This document shows, piece by piece, positions 54,109 to 63,048 of a stretch of DNA of 64,000 nt. The stretch covers positions 26,262 through 90,261 of the forward strand of contig NZ_JBFJWS010000002.1 in NCBI RefSeq assembly GCF_041623545.1. The letters run 5' to 3'. Source of the stretch: Zhongshania sp. (lineage in GTDB: Bacteria > Pseudomonadota > Gammaproteobacteria > Pseudomonadales > Spongiibacteraceae). Under the pieces are notes generated by a model. That model saw only the letters and a program-made list of their open reading frames with translations. It ran no database searches and was not told the origin of the DNA. Position 1 is the stretch's first letter, and every line of letters begins with the position of its first letter. Both the position numbers and the translations under genes were made by a program.

Positions 54109-55158
54109 TTACAGCAATTCCAGTGAGCCCAAGTCGCGAATCGCAGCGCAGGAGCGCTTTGCCATTGCCAAAAACATGCTGTCAGATTCTTCAGAGCGCT
54201 CTCCAGTCGCATAGATACAACCGATAGCGGCAATCATTGGCCCCTGCAATTGCCCTATGCGGTAAGCGTTAAAACACTGTTCAAAGTCATAATTTTTTAC
54301 GCCCAGTGCTACTAACTCATCAAAATACAAGCCAACAAGCGCTTTTTCATGTTCACGGCGCAGACCCGTGTGCAGACAGGTTCCTAAAAAATAGGCCAAA
54401 TCACGGGTCGGCGGGCCGATCTCAGACGTTTGCCAATCGAGCGCGACGACGTCACTGTCCTCGCTGCCAAACATAAAATTATCTAAACGATAATCACCGT
54501 GTACCAGTGCAAACGGCTCTGCGACTGCACAGGCCCATACTGGAATTGCATCGGCTACCGCAAGCATAGTCGCAAGGTCTTCCGCACCTAATTCCTCGCG
54601 ATAGCGATCAACAAACTTCACGAAGGTCGCTTGGCTTAAATCACTCATGAATTTTGCCCGCACCGGATCGCAGGATCGCGTTAAAAAATCGAATTCAAAT
54701 AGTGATTTATCATTCCAGGTCGGCGCATGTAAGCCGGCCAAATTACGGATGACAGCATCGGCGCGGGCAAGACTACAACCTTCGGCTTGAACACCAGCCA
54801 CTCGCGGCGCTAAATCTTCAAAGATCAGCGTGAATTTCTGGCCATCGCCTGATATCGCTGAATGCCAAAATTTTGGAATGCGTATATCGACTCGTTCTGC
54901 TAGATGAGAGTAGAAGCCCACTTCGCGCCGATAACCGCTAGCAACCTTTTTACGGGCTTCCAGCTCACCGCCAGCGACTTTTAAAATTAGCGTTTCCGGC
55001 CCTTGATCAGCATCGACGCTGATGCGGTAAGTAGCACCTGTTTGGCCAGTGCCAAACTGCTTAAGTGAGATGGATCGAATCTCATAGCCCAGTATTGCCG
55101 ACAGCCACTCTGCTGACACATCCTCAACATCAATCGCTTGTTTAATGCTGTTTTTCAT
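54109..55158 (-). CDS. Phosphotransferase (APH/choline-kinase-like fold)
   Basis: 349 aa. Catalytic loop LVHGDYRLDNFMF and ALDWQT. Overlaps the upstream LLM gene by 4 nt. Confidence 0.8.
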   Translation of the reverse strand: MKNSIKQAIDVEDVSAEWLSAILGYEIRSISLKQFGTGQTGATYRISVDADQGPETLILKVAGGELEARKKVASGYRREVGFYSHLAERVDIRIPKFWHSAISGDGQKFTLIFEDLAPRVAGVQAEGCSLARADAVIRNLAGLHAPTWNDKSLFEFDFLTRSCDPVRAKFMSDLSQATFVKFVDRYREELGAEDLATMLAVADAIPVWACAVAEPFALVHGDYRLDNFMFGSEDSDVVALDWQTSEIGPPTRDLAYFLGTCLHTGLRREHEKALVGLYFDELVALGVKNYDFEQCFNAYRIGQLQGPMIAAIGCIYATGERSEESDSMFLAMAKRSCAAIRDLGSLELL

Positions 55159-56255
55159 AGTGATACTTTCCCTGGATTTGCTGGCAGAGACGCAATATCA
55201 GACTTTCGAATAGCCCGATAGGCAGGCAGTATCGGCGCTAATTCTGCGGGCGTGGCACCGTGCAAAATGACACTATGGGCACCTAGATCAAGTTGATGCT
55301 GAATTGCCTTCGCGCACTGCGCAGGCGTACCAACAGCGGCCGTGGCCAGCCATTCATCCGGTATGAGTGTTGCAACATGTTCCAACTCGCTGGTGGTAGC
55401 GGCAGCGTCGATAGCACCTTTAAAATTTTTCACGAAATCATCTTCACGAAATCGCGTCAAAACCGCTGGGTCCCAATCATTTGCCTTGACCATCATGTCG
55501 CCATAGCCACGAAGGTACGATGCCAGGCGGCCAACTGTTTTTTTCAAGCGCTGGTCTTCGGGAATATGATCACCCACCGTTGCGAGTATTGACCATATCC
55601 GCACGCTGTCAGGATCACGGCCCGCTTGTTCGGCGCCACGCCGCACGGCTGCGATGGCTTTCTCAACTGCGGGATCATCAAAAAACGTATGCAAAATAAC
55701 GGCATCCATGCAGCGGCCAGCCAACTCTTGGGTTTTCTCACCCATCGCGACCAATGACAGGGGAATGTCAGCTTTCATGGGTCCGTGCAATTGTAAATTA
55801 GGAAATTGCCCTAAAGGGCCATCATAACCCTTGATACTTTCTCCCTGCCAAAGGCGACGAAACATATCGGCGGCATCTTCAAACTGTTTGCCGGTAATCG
55901 GCTTTAGTCCCATCGACTTAAACAAGCCGTCAAATCCACGACCTAGACCAAGCGAGAATCGTCCACCAGTCAGTTTATCCATTGTCATCGCAAAAGTAGC
56001 GGTAACCATCGGGTGGCGGGTATTGTGGTTCGTCGCTCCCGTCGCCAAGCCTAAACTGTTACTCACTGCTCCTGCAGCGCCACTTATTGTGCAGGCGTCT
56101 TTGTAATTAAATCGCTCAGAGATAAATCCACTGCCGAGCCCCAAAGCCTCAGCCTCGCGAACATCCTCGACAATAGCGCGTGGATTATCAGAGTGCCCCG
56201 CCAGCATATAAAAACCCAGCTCGGTCAATTGTGGTGTCGATCCGCTTTGATTCAT
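55155..56255 (-). CDS. Luciferase-like (LLM-class) flavin-dependent oxidoreductase
   Basis: 366 aa. Strong SD (ATCAAGGAGTAATTA ATG). TIM-barrel LLM pattern GFYMLAGH...EALGLGSGFISERF...FSLGLGRG. Confidence 0.8.
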   Translation of the reverse strand: MNQSGSTPQLTELGFYMLAGHSDNPRAIVEDVREAEALGLGSGFISERFNYKDACTISGAAGAVSNSLGLATGATNHNTRHPMVTATFAMTMDKLTGGRFSLGLGRGFDGLFKSMGLKPITGKQFEDAADMFRRLWQGESIKGYDGPLGQFPNLQLHGPMKADIPLSLVAMGEKTQELAGRCMDAVILHTFFDDPAVEKAIAAVRRGAEQAGRDPDSVRIWSILATVGDHIPEDQRLKKTVGRLASYLRGYGDMMVKANDWDPAVLTRFREDDFVKNFKGAIDAAATTSELEHVATLIPDEWLATAAVGTPAQCAKAIQHQLDLGAHSVILHGATPAELAPILPAYRAIRKSDIASLPANPGKVSL

Positions 56256-56526
56256 TAATTACTCCTTGATCGCGTAAGCAGGCTCATATGATGGCAAGCA
56301 CTACGCATTTATATTATGCAGCTCGTATTTTTGAGGGATACAATTAATTTCGCAAAGCTGCTCATGCTCGTGCTCCGAGTTTAATGACGCGCGCAGACAT
56401 AGGTATGAACCAATTTATCGCTTCAAAGGCCCACAGTAATTATTTGGTCTTGCTCAATCACTGTCGCCATCGCGTAAATAAATGGCAAAACAGTATTTCA
56501 CACGCAATCAGAGTTATTTTTATTCA

Positions 56527-56562
56527 CTCAAACGCCACCGCCGTTTCGCCGCGGCGTTTGAG
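56527..56562 (-). terminator. 10-bp GC-rich hairpin downstream of the FadH-like gene (terminator-like, no U-tract)
   Basis: CTCAAACGCC (56527-56536), a 16-nt loop, then GGCGTTTGAG (56553-56562). Lies 15 nt beyond the stop at 56577. Confidence 0.3.
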
Positions 56563-56576
56563 GTCAAGCTATTGTT

Positions 56577-58595
56577 CTAGATCCGACGAGACAAATAAGC
56601 CGCTTCGTGGATTGAGTTCCCATAGGAGCGCGGCTTGCGGGAGTCGCCAACTACCTGCACGGCAATACCAGTGCCGAACAGCTCCGTTGACAGCGGATCG
56701 TAGGCAACGCGGCTCGGTGCAACAACCAAGGTGCCACACTCGATAGTTTCGCTCTTACCGTCACGAGTGACAGTAATGCAACCCGGCTCAACACCTTCAA
56801 CTTGGACGCCTGACTCCACTTTCAAGCCAACTTTTTCCATCCACATTTGCACATACTTATAACGTGAACCGATATAGCTCGCGGGCACAAAGGTGGCCGG
56901 ACTGTCCAGCAAGCGAACGTCGCGCCCCTGTTGGGCAAGATCAAGCGCCAGCTCAACACCATCGGTAGCACCCAAGACCACAACCGGGCCATCAGCAAGA
57001 TTCTTCTGCTCAGCTTTCAGCACGTCATCGAGCAGCACCGCCGCGCCAGATTCAAGCGCGGAAGACAAGCCACTGATATCGGGCAAAGCGTGGGTAGCCC
57101 CCATTGCGACGACCAGCACATCGGGCTTTTCTGCCAAGATAATGTCGCGAGTAACTTCCACGCCGGTGCGAACCTTGATGCCTTCTTTCTCAACCATCAG
57201 CCGGTGCCACTCGGGCTGGTAGCGAATCTGTTCCATATTCGGCAAGGTCTTGTAGTTACCAGCCCACCACATTACACCGCCCAGCTCACTGTCCTTTTCC
57301 CAGATGGTGACATCGTGACCAACCTGATGAGCAGTAATCGCGTACTCCATACCACCGGAGCCACCCCCGACGACCATCACCTTTTTGGGAGATACTGCGC
57401 GCTGTAAACGGAACTCACGATCACGCCCTATGACAGCATTCTGCGCTGATCCAGCAATACCCTTGTTAAAAATATTACCCTGTAATAGTGATGCGCCAGT
57501 GCGAGTCGACTTGCGAATTTCTTCCTCGCGGCCTTCAGCTATCTTGCGGGGAAAATCTGGGTCATCGAGCGACAAGCGGCATGATGCAAAGAAATCGGCC
57601 GCGCCGTCTTTAATCATAGTGCGCATCTGTTCGGTGGTATTAATATTACAAGAACCCATCAACGGCATATCGATACCTTTGCTCTGTAGGCCAGCGCGCA
57701 AACGCTCCACATAAGGCAGCGCAACCAAGTTAGGCACATAGAAACCACCACCAATCACGTCGCCGGAGGGCAGTTCGGGGTTACGGCTTTTTGCCGGCAA
57801 CATCGAGCCAAAGGTACAGTCAATCGCGTCGACACCCAAGGCATGCAGGCGCGGCGCGTAATGCTCTACAAAGTAATCGACGTCGTAACCACCTTCGTAG
57901 TTTTCGTCACAGCACATGCGAGGAATTTGTGGATAGTCTTTGCCACACAACTCTTGAGCGCGCTTAATGATCTGCTCACAGAAAAGAAAGTGATCGGCAT
58001 ACTCGTCGTCGCGACCACTGTTCTCTAAATGTGACAGAGTGACATGGGGTAATGAACCATGGCAGAAATGATAAGAGATATAATCGTAACCCGCTTCCTT
58101 AGCCCGGCGTGCTGCCTGACCATAGGCTTCAACCAAATCACGGTAGTCTTGGGTCGTTAGAACGCCGGGCTCTTTATTGCCGATAGGGTATTTTCCGCTT
58201 GGCCCCCAAGAAACAGTACCCGGAATCCAGCCCTTGCCTGGCTCCAGTGGCACGGTGGACCCCAAACCAGGAATCAAACCGCCGTAAAATAATTGGATGC
58301 CAGCCAACGCACCATTTTTGTGAATGACATCGACCATCTGGCGGTGGCTGATAATATAAGTATCGTCGTAGAGACCGAACATGCGCTCGTTAATTAGTCC
58401 GTCCCAACGCACGCAGGTTGCACCCACACAGACTGCACCAAAGCCGCCCGCTGCCAATGCCTCATAAGTGCCTATACCCGCTTCAGTAGCATAGCCTTTG
58501 TCATCTGACATGTTCATGGTGGTCGGCGCGTGAACCATGCGATTTTTGAAGGTTAGGCCTTTGGTTTTAAACGGCGTTAATAATTTATCTTTCAT
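56577..58595 (-). CDS. Two-domain OYE-type flavin oxidoreductase with a C-terminal FAD/NAD(P) domain (2,4-dienoyl-CoA reductase FadH-like architecture)
   Basis: 672 aa. OYE TIM-barrel N-domain (FKNRMVHAPT, HFCHGSL, LDDPDFPRKI). Rossmann KKVMVVGGGSGGMEYA and a second dinucleotide fold. There are no cysteines in the inter-domain linker, where family members carry the 4Fe-4S motif. Confidence 0.8.
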   Translation of the reverse strand: MKDKLLTPFKTKGLTFKNRMVHAPTTMNMSDDKGYATEAGIGTYEALAAGGFGAVCVGATCVRWDGLINERMFGLYDDTYIISHRQMVDVIHKNGALAGIQLFYGGLIPGLGSTVPLEPGKGWIPGTVSWGPSGKYPIGNKEPGVLTTQDYRDLVEAYGQAARRAKEAGYDYISYHFCHGSLPHVTLSHLENSGRDDEYADHFLFCEQIIKRAQELCGKDYPQIPRMCCDENYEGGYDVDYFVEHYAPRLHALGVDAIDCTFGSMLPAKSRNPELPSGDVIGGGFYVPNLVALPYVERLRAGLQSKGIDMPLMGSCNINTTEQMRTMIKDGAADFFASCRLSLDDPDFPRKIAEGREEEIRKSTRTGASLLQGNIFNKGIAGSAQNAVIGRDREFRLQRAVSPKKVMVVGGGSGGMEYAITAHQVGHDVTIWEKDSELGGVMWWAGNYKTLPNMEQIRYQPEWHRLMVEKEGIKVRTGVEVTRDIILAEKPDVLVVAMGATHALPDISGLSSALESGAAVLLDDVLKAEQKNLADGPVVVLGATDGVELALDLAQQGRDVRLLDSPATFVPASYIGSRYKYVQMWMEKVGLKVESGVQVEGVEPGCITVTRDGKSETIECGTLVVAPSRVAYDPLSTELFGTGIAVQVVGDSRKPRSYGNSIHEAAYLSRRI

Positions 58596-58682
58596 TTCAA
58601 AACTCCAAATATACTAAAGCTTATATAAGTTGACCGGCACTTCAGAACAACATAGTGCGGTATAAACCAAATCTACTAGGCC

Positions 58683-59828
58683 TTATGCCTTTTCCAGTAT
58701 GTGTACGCCAGCGGCGCCAACACCTACGCCGAAGCCCAGCACGTGGGCAAGACCTAAACGGGCGCCCGCGACCTGCCGCGCTCCAGCTTCGCCACGAAGG
58801 TGCATCACGATCTCGACAATATTGGCTACGCCGGTGGCACCAATCGGGTGGCCTTTCGACAATAGACCGCCAGATACATTGACCGGAATTCGGCCACCTA
58901 AGGCGGTGTCGCCACTGTCAATCAGGGCACCGGCCTCACCTTCTCCGCACAGGCCAAGGTTTTCATAGTGCAGTAGCTCTGCTGTTGCAAAGCAGTCGTG
59001 TAGCTCGACAAGATTAAGATCTTCTGGACCAACACCTGCCATTTCGTAAGCCGTAGCCACCGCCAAACGGGTAACTGAATTGGTGTTCATCAACACACCA
59101 TTGCGGGACTCCCAAGGATCAGACGCCAGCGCCGAACCGCGAACGCGAACGGCTCGACCAAGGCCCAGCTCTTTCGCTTTGCGCGCAGAAACCAATACCG
59201 TTGCTGCCGCGCCGTCGACGTTAACAGAGCACATTAGCTTGGTGAGGGGCCACGCGATCATTTCACTAGCCATAACCTCGTCCAGCGGCGTCTCTTTCTG
59301 ATACATCGCTTTGGGGTTCATGGTCGAATGATGGTGATTCTTCACCGACACTTTAGCGAACTGCTCCATCGTCGTCCCGTATTTGGCGCTGTGGATCACC
59401 CCAGCCTCGGCGAACAATGCTGGCATGGTGCCTGAACCAAACAAGCCTTCTGGCGGTGGCCCTTCGGAATTACCCGCCGACAGCATACCCGCGGGATTTT
59501 TCTCAGCACCAACCGCAACCACAACATCATAAAGCCCGCTTTTTACGGCAATAAACGCTTCACGGAAGGCGGTCGCACCCGCAGCGCAGGCGTTGGAAAC
59601 GTTAACGCAGGGAATACCGGTCTGGCCGATTTGAAATAAGATCTGCTGGGCGATCATCGAAGCGGCATTAAAGGTCGATGCCGCATACAGGGCGCCAACG
59701 TCGCCGATATTCAGACCAGCATCATCTAGCGCCAATAGTGTCGCCTCGGCGCCAAGCTGGGCTGGTGTACGATCGGGATAGCGGCCAAATTTAATCAGGT
59801 CCGCCCCAACTACATATACATCACTCAT
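58683..59828 (-). CDS. SCP-x / lipid-transfer-protein-type thiolase
   Basis: 381 aa. Nucleophile region VNVSNACAAGATAF and C-terminal GGLLSKGHPIGATG. The 4-nt overlap with the upstream DUF35 gene is the usual arrangement for this thiolase subfamily. Confidence 0.85.
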   Translation of the reverse strand: MSDVYVVGADLIKFGRYPDRTPAQLGAEATLLALDDAGLNIGDVGALYAASTFNAASMIAQQILFQIGQTGIPCVNVSNACAAGATAFREAFIAVKSGLYDVVVAVGAEKNPAGMLSAGNSEGPPPEGLFGSGTMPALFAEAGVIHSAKYGTTMEQFAKVSVKNHHHSTMNPKAMYQKETPLDEVMASEMIAWPLTKLMCSVNVDGAAATVLVSARKAKELGLGRAVRVRGSALASDPWESRNGVLMNTNSVTRLAVATAYEMAGVGPEDLNLVELHDCFATAELLHYENLGLCGEGEAGALIDSGDTALGGRIPVNVSGGLLSKGHPIGATGVANIVEIVMHLRGEAGARQVAGARLGLAHVLGFGVGVGAAGVHILEKA

Positions 59829-60259
59829 TGTTCAGCTCCTGACAACGGCAGAAAGTGGTAACCCACATAAGGATTGCCTTTTGCATCACTCGCGCCACCC
59901 GCATCATCGAAAATCATTTGCACCCGCATACCCGCTTTAACGGTATCCAGACTCGCTTCACACAATGTGCCTTTTAAGCACAGGCCATCATCGAGATCGA
60001 CAACGACTGAGAGAAAAGGCACGGCGACACCGGGGTAACTGCGGCGAACTTCGGTGAAAGTGTGCACACGGCCGGTCTCAGAGGCGCGGAATTCAATAGC
60101 TGCGTTGCGGCTAAAACACTGGCGACATGCCATAGTTTGATCAATGGCAACGCTAGCGCAGTCTGGGCAGCGAAAACCCGTTATCCAGGGCTGATTATCT
60201 TCCCCAATACGGATATAGCGCTTAGCTGGGCTTAGCGACGTAGCTGAACTAGCTGACAT
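59825..60259 (-). CDS. DUF35 OB-fold / zinc-ribbon protein (thiolase partner)
   Basis: 144 aa. Zinc ribbon CPDCASV...CRQC followed by an OB-fold-like C-terminus. SD GAGGGAG. Confidence 0.8.
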   Translation of the reverse strand: MSASSATSLSPAKRYIRIGEDNQPWITGFRCPDCASVAIDQTMACRQCFSRNAAIEFRASETGRVHTFTEVRRSYPGVAVPFLSVVVDLDDGLCLKGTLCEASLDTVKAGMRVQMIFDDAGGASDAKGNPYVGYHFLPLSGAEQ

Positions 60260-60302
60260 TGTGTGTCTCCCTCATCGAGCCAAATGTAAAATCGTAGAGC
60301 AG

Positions 60303-60339
60303 TTTATCATTATAATGCAATACGCCATGTGCAATGCAA
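60303..60339 (-). promoter_or_regulatory. Conserved promoter/operator module B (reverse complement matches module A)
   Basis: Minus strand reads TTGCATTGCACATGGCGTATTGCATTATAATGATAAA. TATAAT lies 48 nt upstream of the DUF35 ATG (60259). TTGCAT lies 19 nt upstream of the -10 element. Confidence 0.55.
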
Positions 60340-60383
60340 GTTAATCCGCTTTCGTTCAGCCGTAAATTACCAACAAACTAGAC

Positions 60384-61172
60384 TCAGCCCGCTTCGCGCT
60401 TTCGCCGCGCCACTTGCTTTGGCACATTTGGCTGCCCAGAATGCGCCGTAATACCACCGTCGGCGACCACGATAGAGCCAGTCATATAAGAGGCTTCATC
60501 AGAAGCAAGAAATGTCACTACATTAGCCATTTCTGCTGGACTACCATAACGAGACAATGGAATTGCATCGGTCCACGCCCGTCGATCTTCGTCAGAACCG
60601 TGAGCGCCCACACCCATCGCTGTATCAGCAATCGCGCCAGGACACAGCGCGTTTACGCGGATATTGTCGCGGGCGCAATCTACCGCCAGCGATCGCGTGT
60701 AGTTAATCACGGCGCCCTTCGAGGCATTGTAAGCACTAAAGCCGTAGTCGCCAGCCAAGCCGGAAATCGACGCGATATTGACAATGGCACCACCCGCTCC
60801 CGTCGCGCGCATTTGCGGAATTGCGACGCGGCAGGCGTAGTAGACAGATGAAACATTCACAGCGAATAAGCGCTGCCAGTCTTCCTCGGCAAGCTCTGGT
60901 GTCTCCGCAAGAATACCAATGCCAGCATTATTGACCAGAACATCTAAGCGACCGAAACGCTCAACCGTTGCCGCGACCATGGCCTCAACTTCAGCGGCGA
61001 CCGTTACGTCGGTGCGCTGAAATACAATTGCGTCAGTCAAGCTAGCCGGAGGGTTTAAATCGGCAACCATTACTCGCGCACCTTCAGCTACCAGCCGCGC
61101 CACCACAGCCGCGCCGATGCCAGAGGCACCACCAGTGACGATGGCGACCTTGCCTTCAAACCTGAAACTCAT
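60384..61172 (-). CDS. Short-chain dehydrogenase/reductase (classical SDR)
   Basis: Start at ATG 61172 with SD GGAGG. KVAIVTGGASGIGAA, NNAG, YNASKGA. Confidence 0.9.
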   Translation of the reverse strand: MSFRFEGKVAIVTGGASGIGAAVVARLVAEGARVMVADLNPPASLTDAIVFQRTDVTVAAEVEAMVAATVERFGRLDVLVNNAGIGILAETPELAEEDWQRLFAVNVSSVYYACRVAIPQMRATGAGGAIVNIASISGLAGDYGFSAYNASKGAVINYTRSLAVDCARDNIRVNALCPGAIADTAMGVGAHGSDEDRRAWTDAIPLSRYGSPAEMANVVTFLASDEASYMTGSIVVADGGITAHSGQPNVPKQVARRKREAG

Positions 61173-61486
61173 AAAACCTCCAATCGTGATAGCGCTTCTT
61201 GTATATTTAGTTTTTGTTAGCGCCCGAGCCCGCAAGGGACGCCTACCGCGCAGCCTTTTACGGCAGGACCAGCGTCAAACATGCGTCTAAACGTCAGCTA
61301 TACTGAATTTCAGCGCGAGTTTGCCACCGCCACAACAATAGAATACCATCGTTGCATTGTATATTATAGAGTGCCACAAAACGCCGCAAGGTTTAGCCGG
61401 GGAAATGCTATTACACGCTCAAATTAGCTGAGCAGGGACCGCTATTTTCTCACCCCAAATGGCATCACACAGGACAAATAGCAATA

Positions 61487-62248
61487 ATGACTGACGAAAC
61501 ACTCGCATTTTATCGCCGCGAGGGAGATGCCTATAAAGCCACTGGGCTCGGTATCAGCCCCTGGAACGAACAGGCACAAATGGGCGTAGCGCTTGCCGGA
61601 CTTGCCGCCCACTGCCTAGAAGCAATCCCCTGCCCCGCACCGATGCTTACTACCCGGCTGACCATCGATATTTTGGGTACCGTACCGCCGATAGCGCTGA
61701 CCCCCGTTACCCGGATTGTGCGCGACGGCCGTCGCATACAAACAGTTGAAGTCACCCTGGAGGCCGACGGACGCAGCTGGGTACGCGCGACCGCCTTGCG
61801 CATTCGTACAGAACAAAGCCCCGAAGTTTCTAACCCCGCCACCCGTTCGTTCCCACCAGAGGGACGTGACCCAAACCTGCCCCGAGCGACAAAATGGGCT
61901 GAAACCATTCTCCTCGCTGGTGGCTTCCATCAAGCCGGACCGGGCGCCCAATGGGTGCGATTTACCAGCTGCGTCGTTGCAGGAGAACCCCTAAGGCCAC
62001 TGGAACGACTCGCAATGCTTGCCGATTTTGGCTCTGGAGTAGCACCTGTGCTGCCCGTAAAAGAATGGACCCAAGCCAATACCGATATAAGCCTACATAT
62101 CAGCAGGACATCGGAAGATGAGTGGCTGCTCATTGATGCTGGCAGCGAAAGCGCTGGCAACGGCATTGCCCTGGTTCACAGCCGGATCAGCGATCGCGAC
62201 GGCGCAATTGGCATGGCCCATCAATCGCTATTTCTCAATCAGCGCTGA
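61487..62248 (+). CDS. Acyl-CoA thioesterase-like (double hot-dog) protein
   Basis: 253 aa. Pattern ...ISPWNEQAQMGVALAGLAAH... with a second hot-dog half. Assigned by pattern only. Confidence 0.5.
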   Translation: MTDETLAFYRREGDAYKATGLGISPWNEQAQMGVALAGLAAHCLEAIPCPAPMLTTRLTIDILGTVPPIALTPVTRIVRDGRRIQTVEVTLEADGRSWVRATALRIRTEQSPEVSNPATRSFPPEGRDPNLPRATKWAETILLAGGFHQAGPGAQWVRFTSCVVAGEPLRPLERLAMLADFGSGVAPVLPVKEWTQANTDISLHISRTSEDEWLLIDAGSESAGNGIALVHSRISDRDGAIGMAHQSLFLNQR

Positions 62249-62276
62249 TAATAACCCGCAGTGAGAAGGTAAAATA

Positions 62277-62981
62277 ATGCAAAGTAATCCTCCTTGGCGC
62301 CTAGCCTTTATGTTCGACGCACCCAACGGCGCATACGGCGATTTAGAAGAGGGCTTAAAACGGATCACAAGCCAAGTTCAGGCACTTGCGGGCGCTGCGC
62401 ATGTGCGCTTGGGTGTCGCTGATCGACACCCAGACCTTGCCGTAATTTTCGACGCAGAAACGAGCAATAGCCGATCGGTTGATGGCGCCATCGAAATCAG
62501 TGTCGATGACACTCGCAAAGCCGAACTCGCCGCGATCTCAATTGCTGTCTCTAAATTGCTGACTGACATCGCCGCGCCGAGAACGCTGGAAATCATGGCC
62601 GGCCCTTACTACTCCATGGTGCCTGTACGCGACGGCAATGTCTTTTTATCCCTGGCCTTTCGTCGCGACCCTGACATCAGCTCGGCGCAGTTTCAAGACT
62701 GGTGGCTTAATCAGCACGCGGGCATCGCTATTCCGGTGCTAGGCGGAGGCCTTCTCGCCTACGATCAGGTTCACCTTGACCACTCTGCCAATGAAAACTT
62801 AGGCCAGGCAGTGAAAATTTCACCCGTTTACTACGACGCCTACGACAATCTGACCTGGACTGACCGCCATGCCTTTCTGCAGTCAATCAGCAATGAAGAC
62901 GACATGATACGCGTGTATGCCGATGAAGTTGGTAAGATCGATAAACACTCTCAGCGCAGCGCGCTGATGCGTAAACTATAA
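62277..62981 (+). CDS. EthD-domain-like protein
   Basis: 234 aa. The C-terminal half (RRDPDISSAQFQDWWLNQHAGIAIPVLGG) resembles the EthD / dimeric alpha-beta-barrel pattern. Low-information call. Confidence 0.4.
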   Translation: MQSNPPWRLAFMFDAPNGAYGDLEEGLKRITSQVQALAGAAHVRLGVADRHPDLAVIFDAETSNSRSVDGAIEISVDDTRKAELAAISIAVSKLLTDIAAPRTLEIMAGPYYSMVPVRDGNVFLSLAFRRDPDISSAQFQDWWLNQHAGIAIPVLGGGLLAYDQVHLDHSANENLGQAVKISPVYYDAYDNLTWTDRHAFLQSISNEDDMIRVYADEVGKIDKHSQRSALMRKL

Positions 62982-63048
62982 GCGTACACCGCAGCCAAAC
63001 GCCAATAAGTTCGCGGTAAATATAAGCAAAATAATAAGGAACGTTTTC

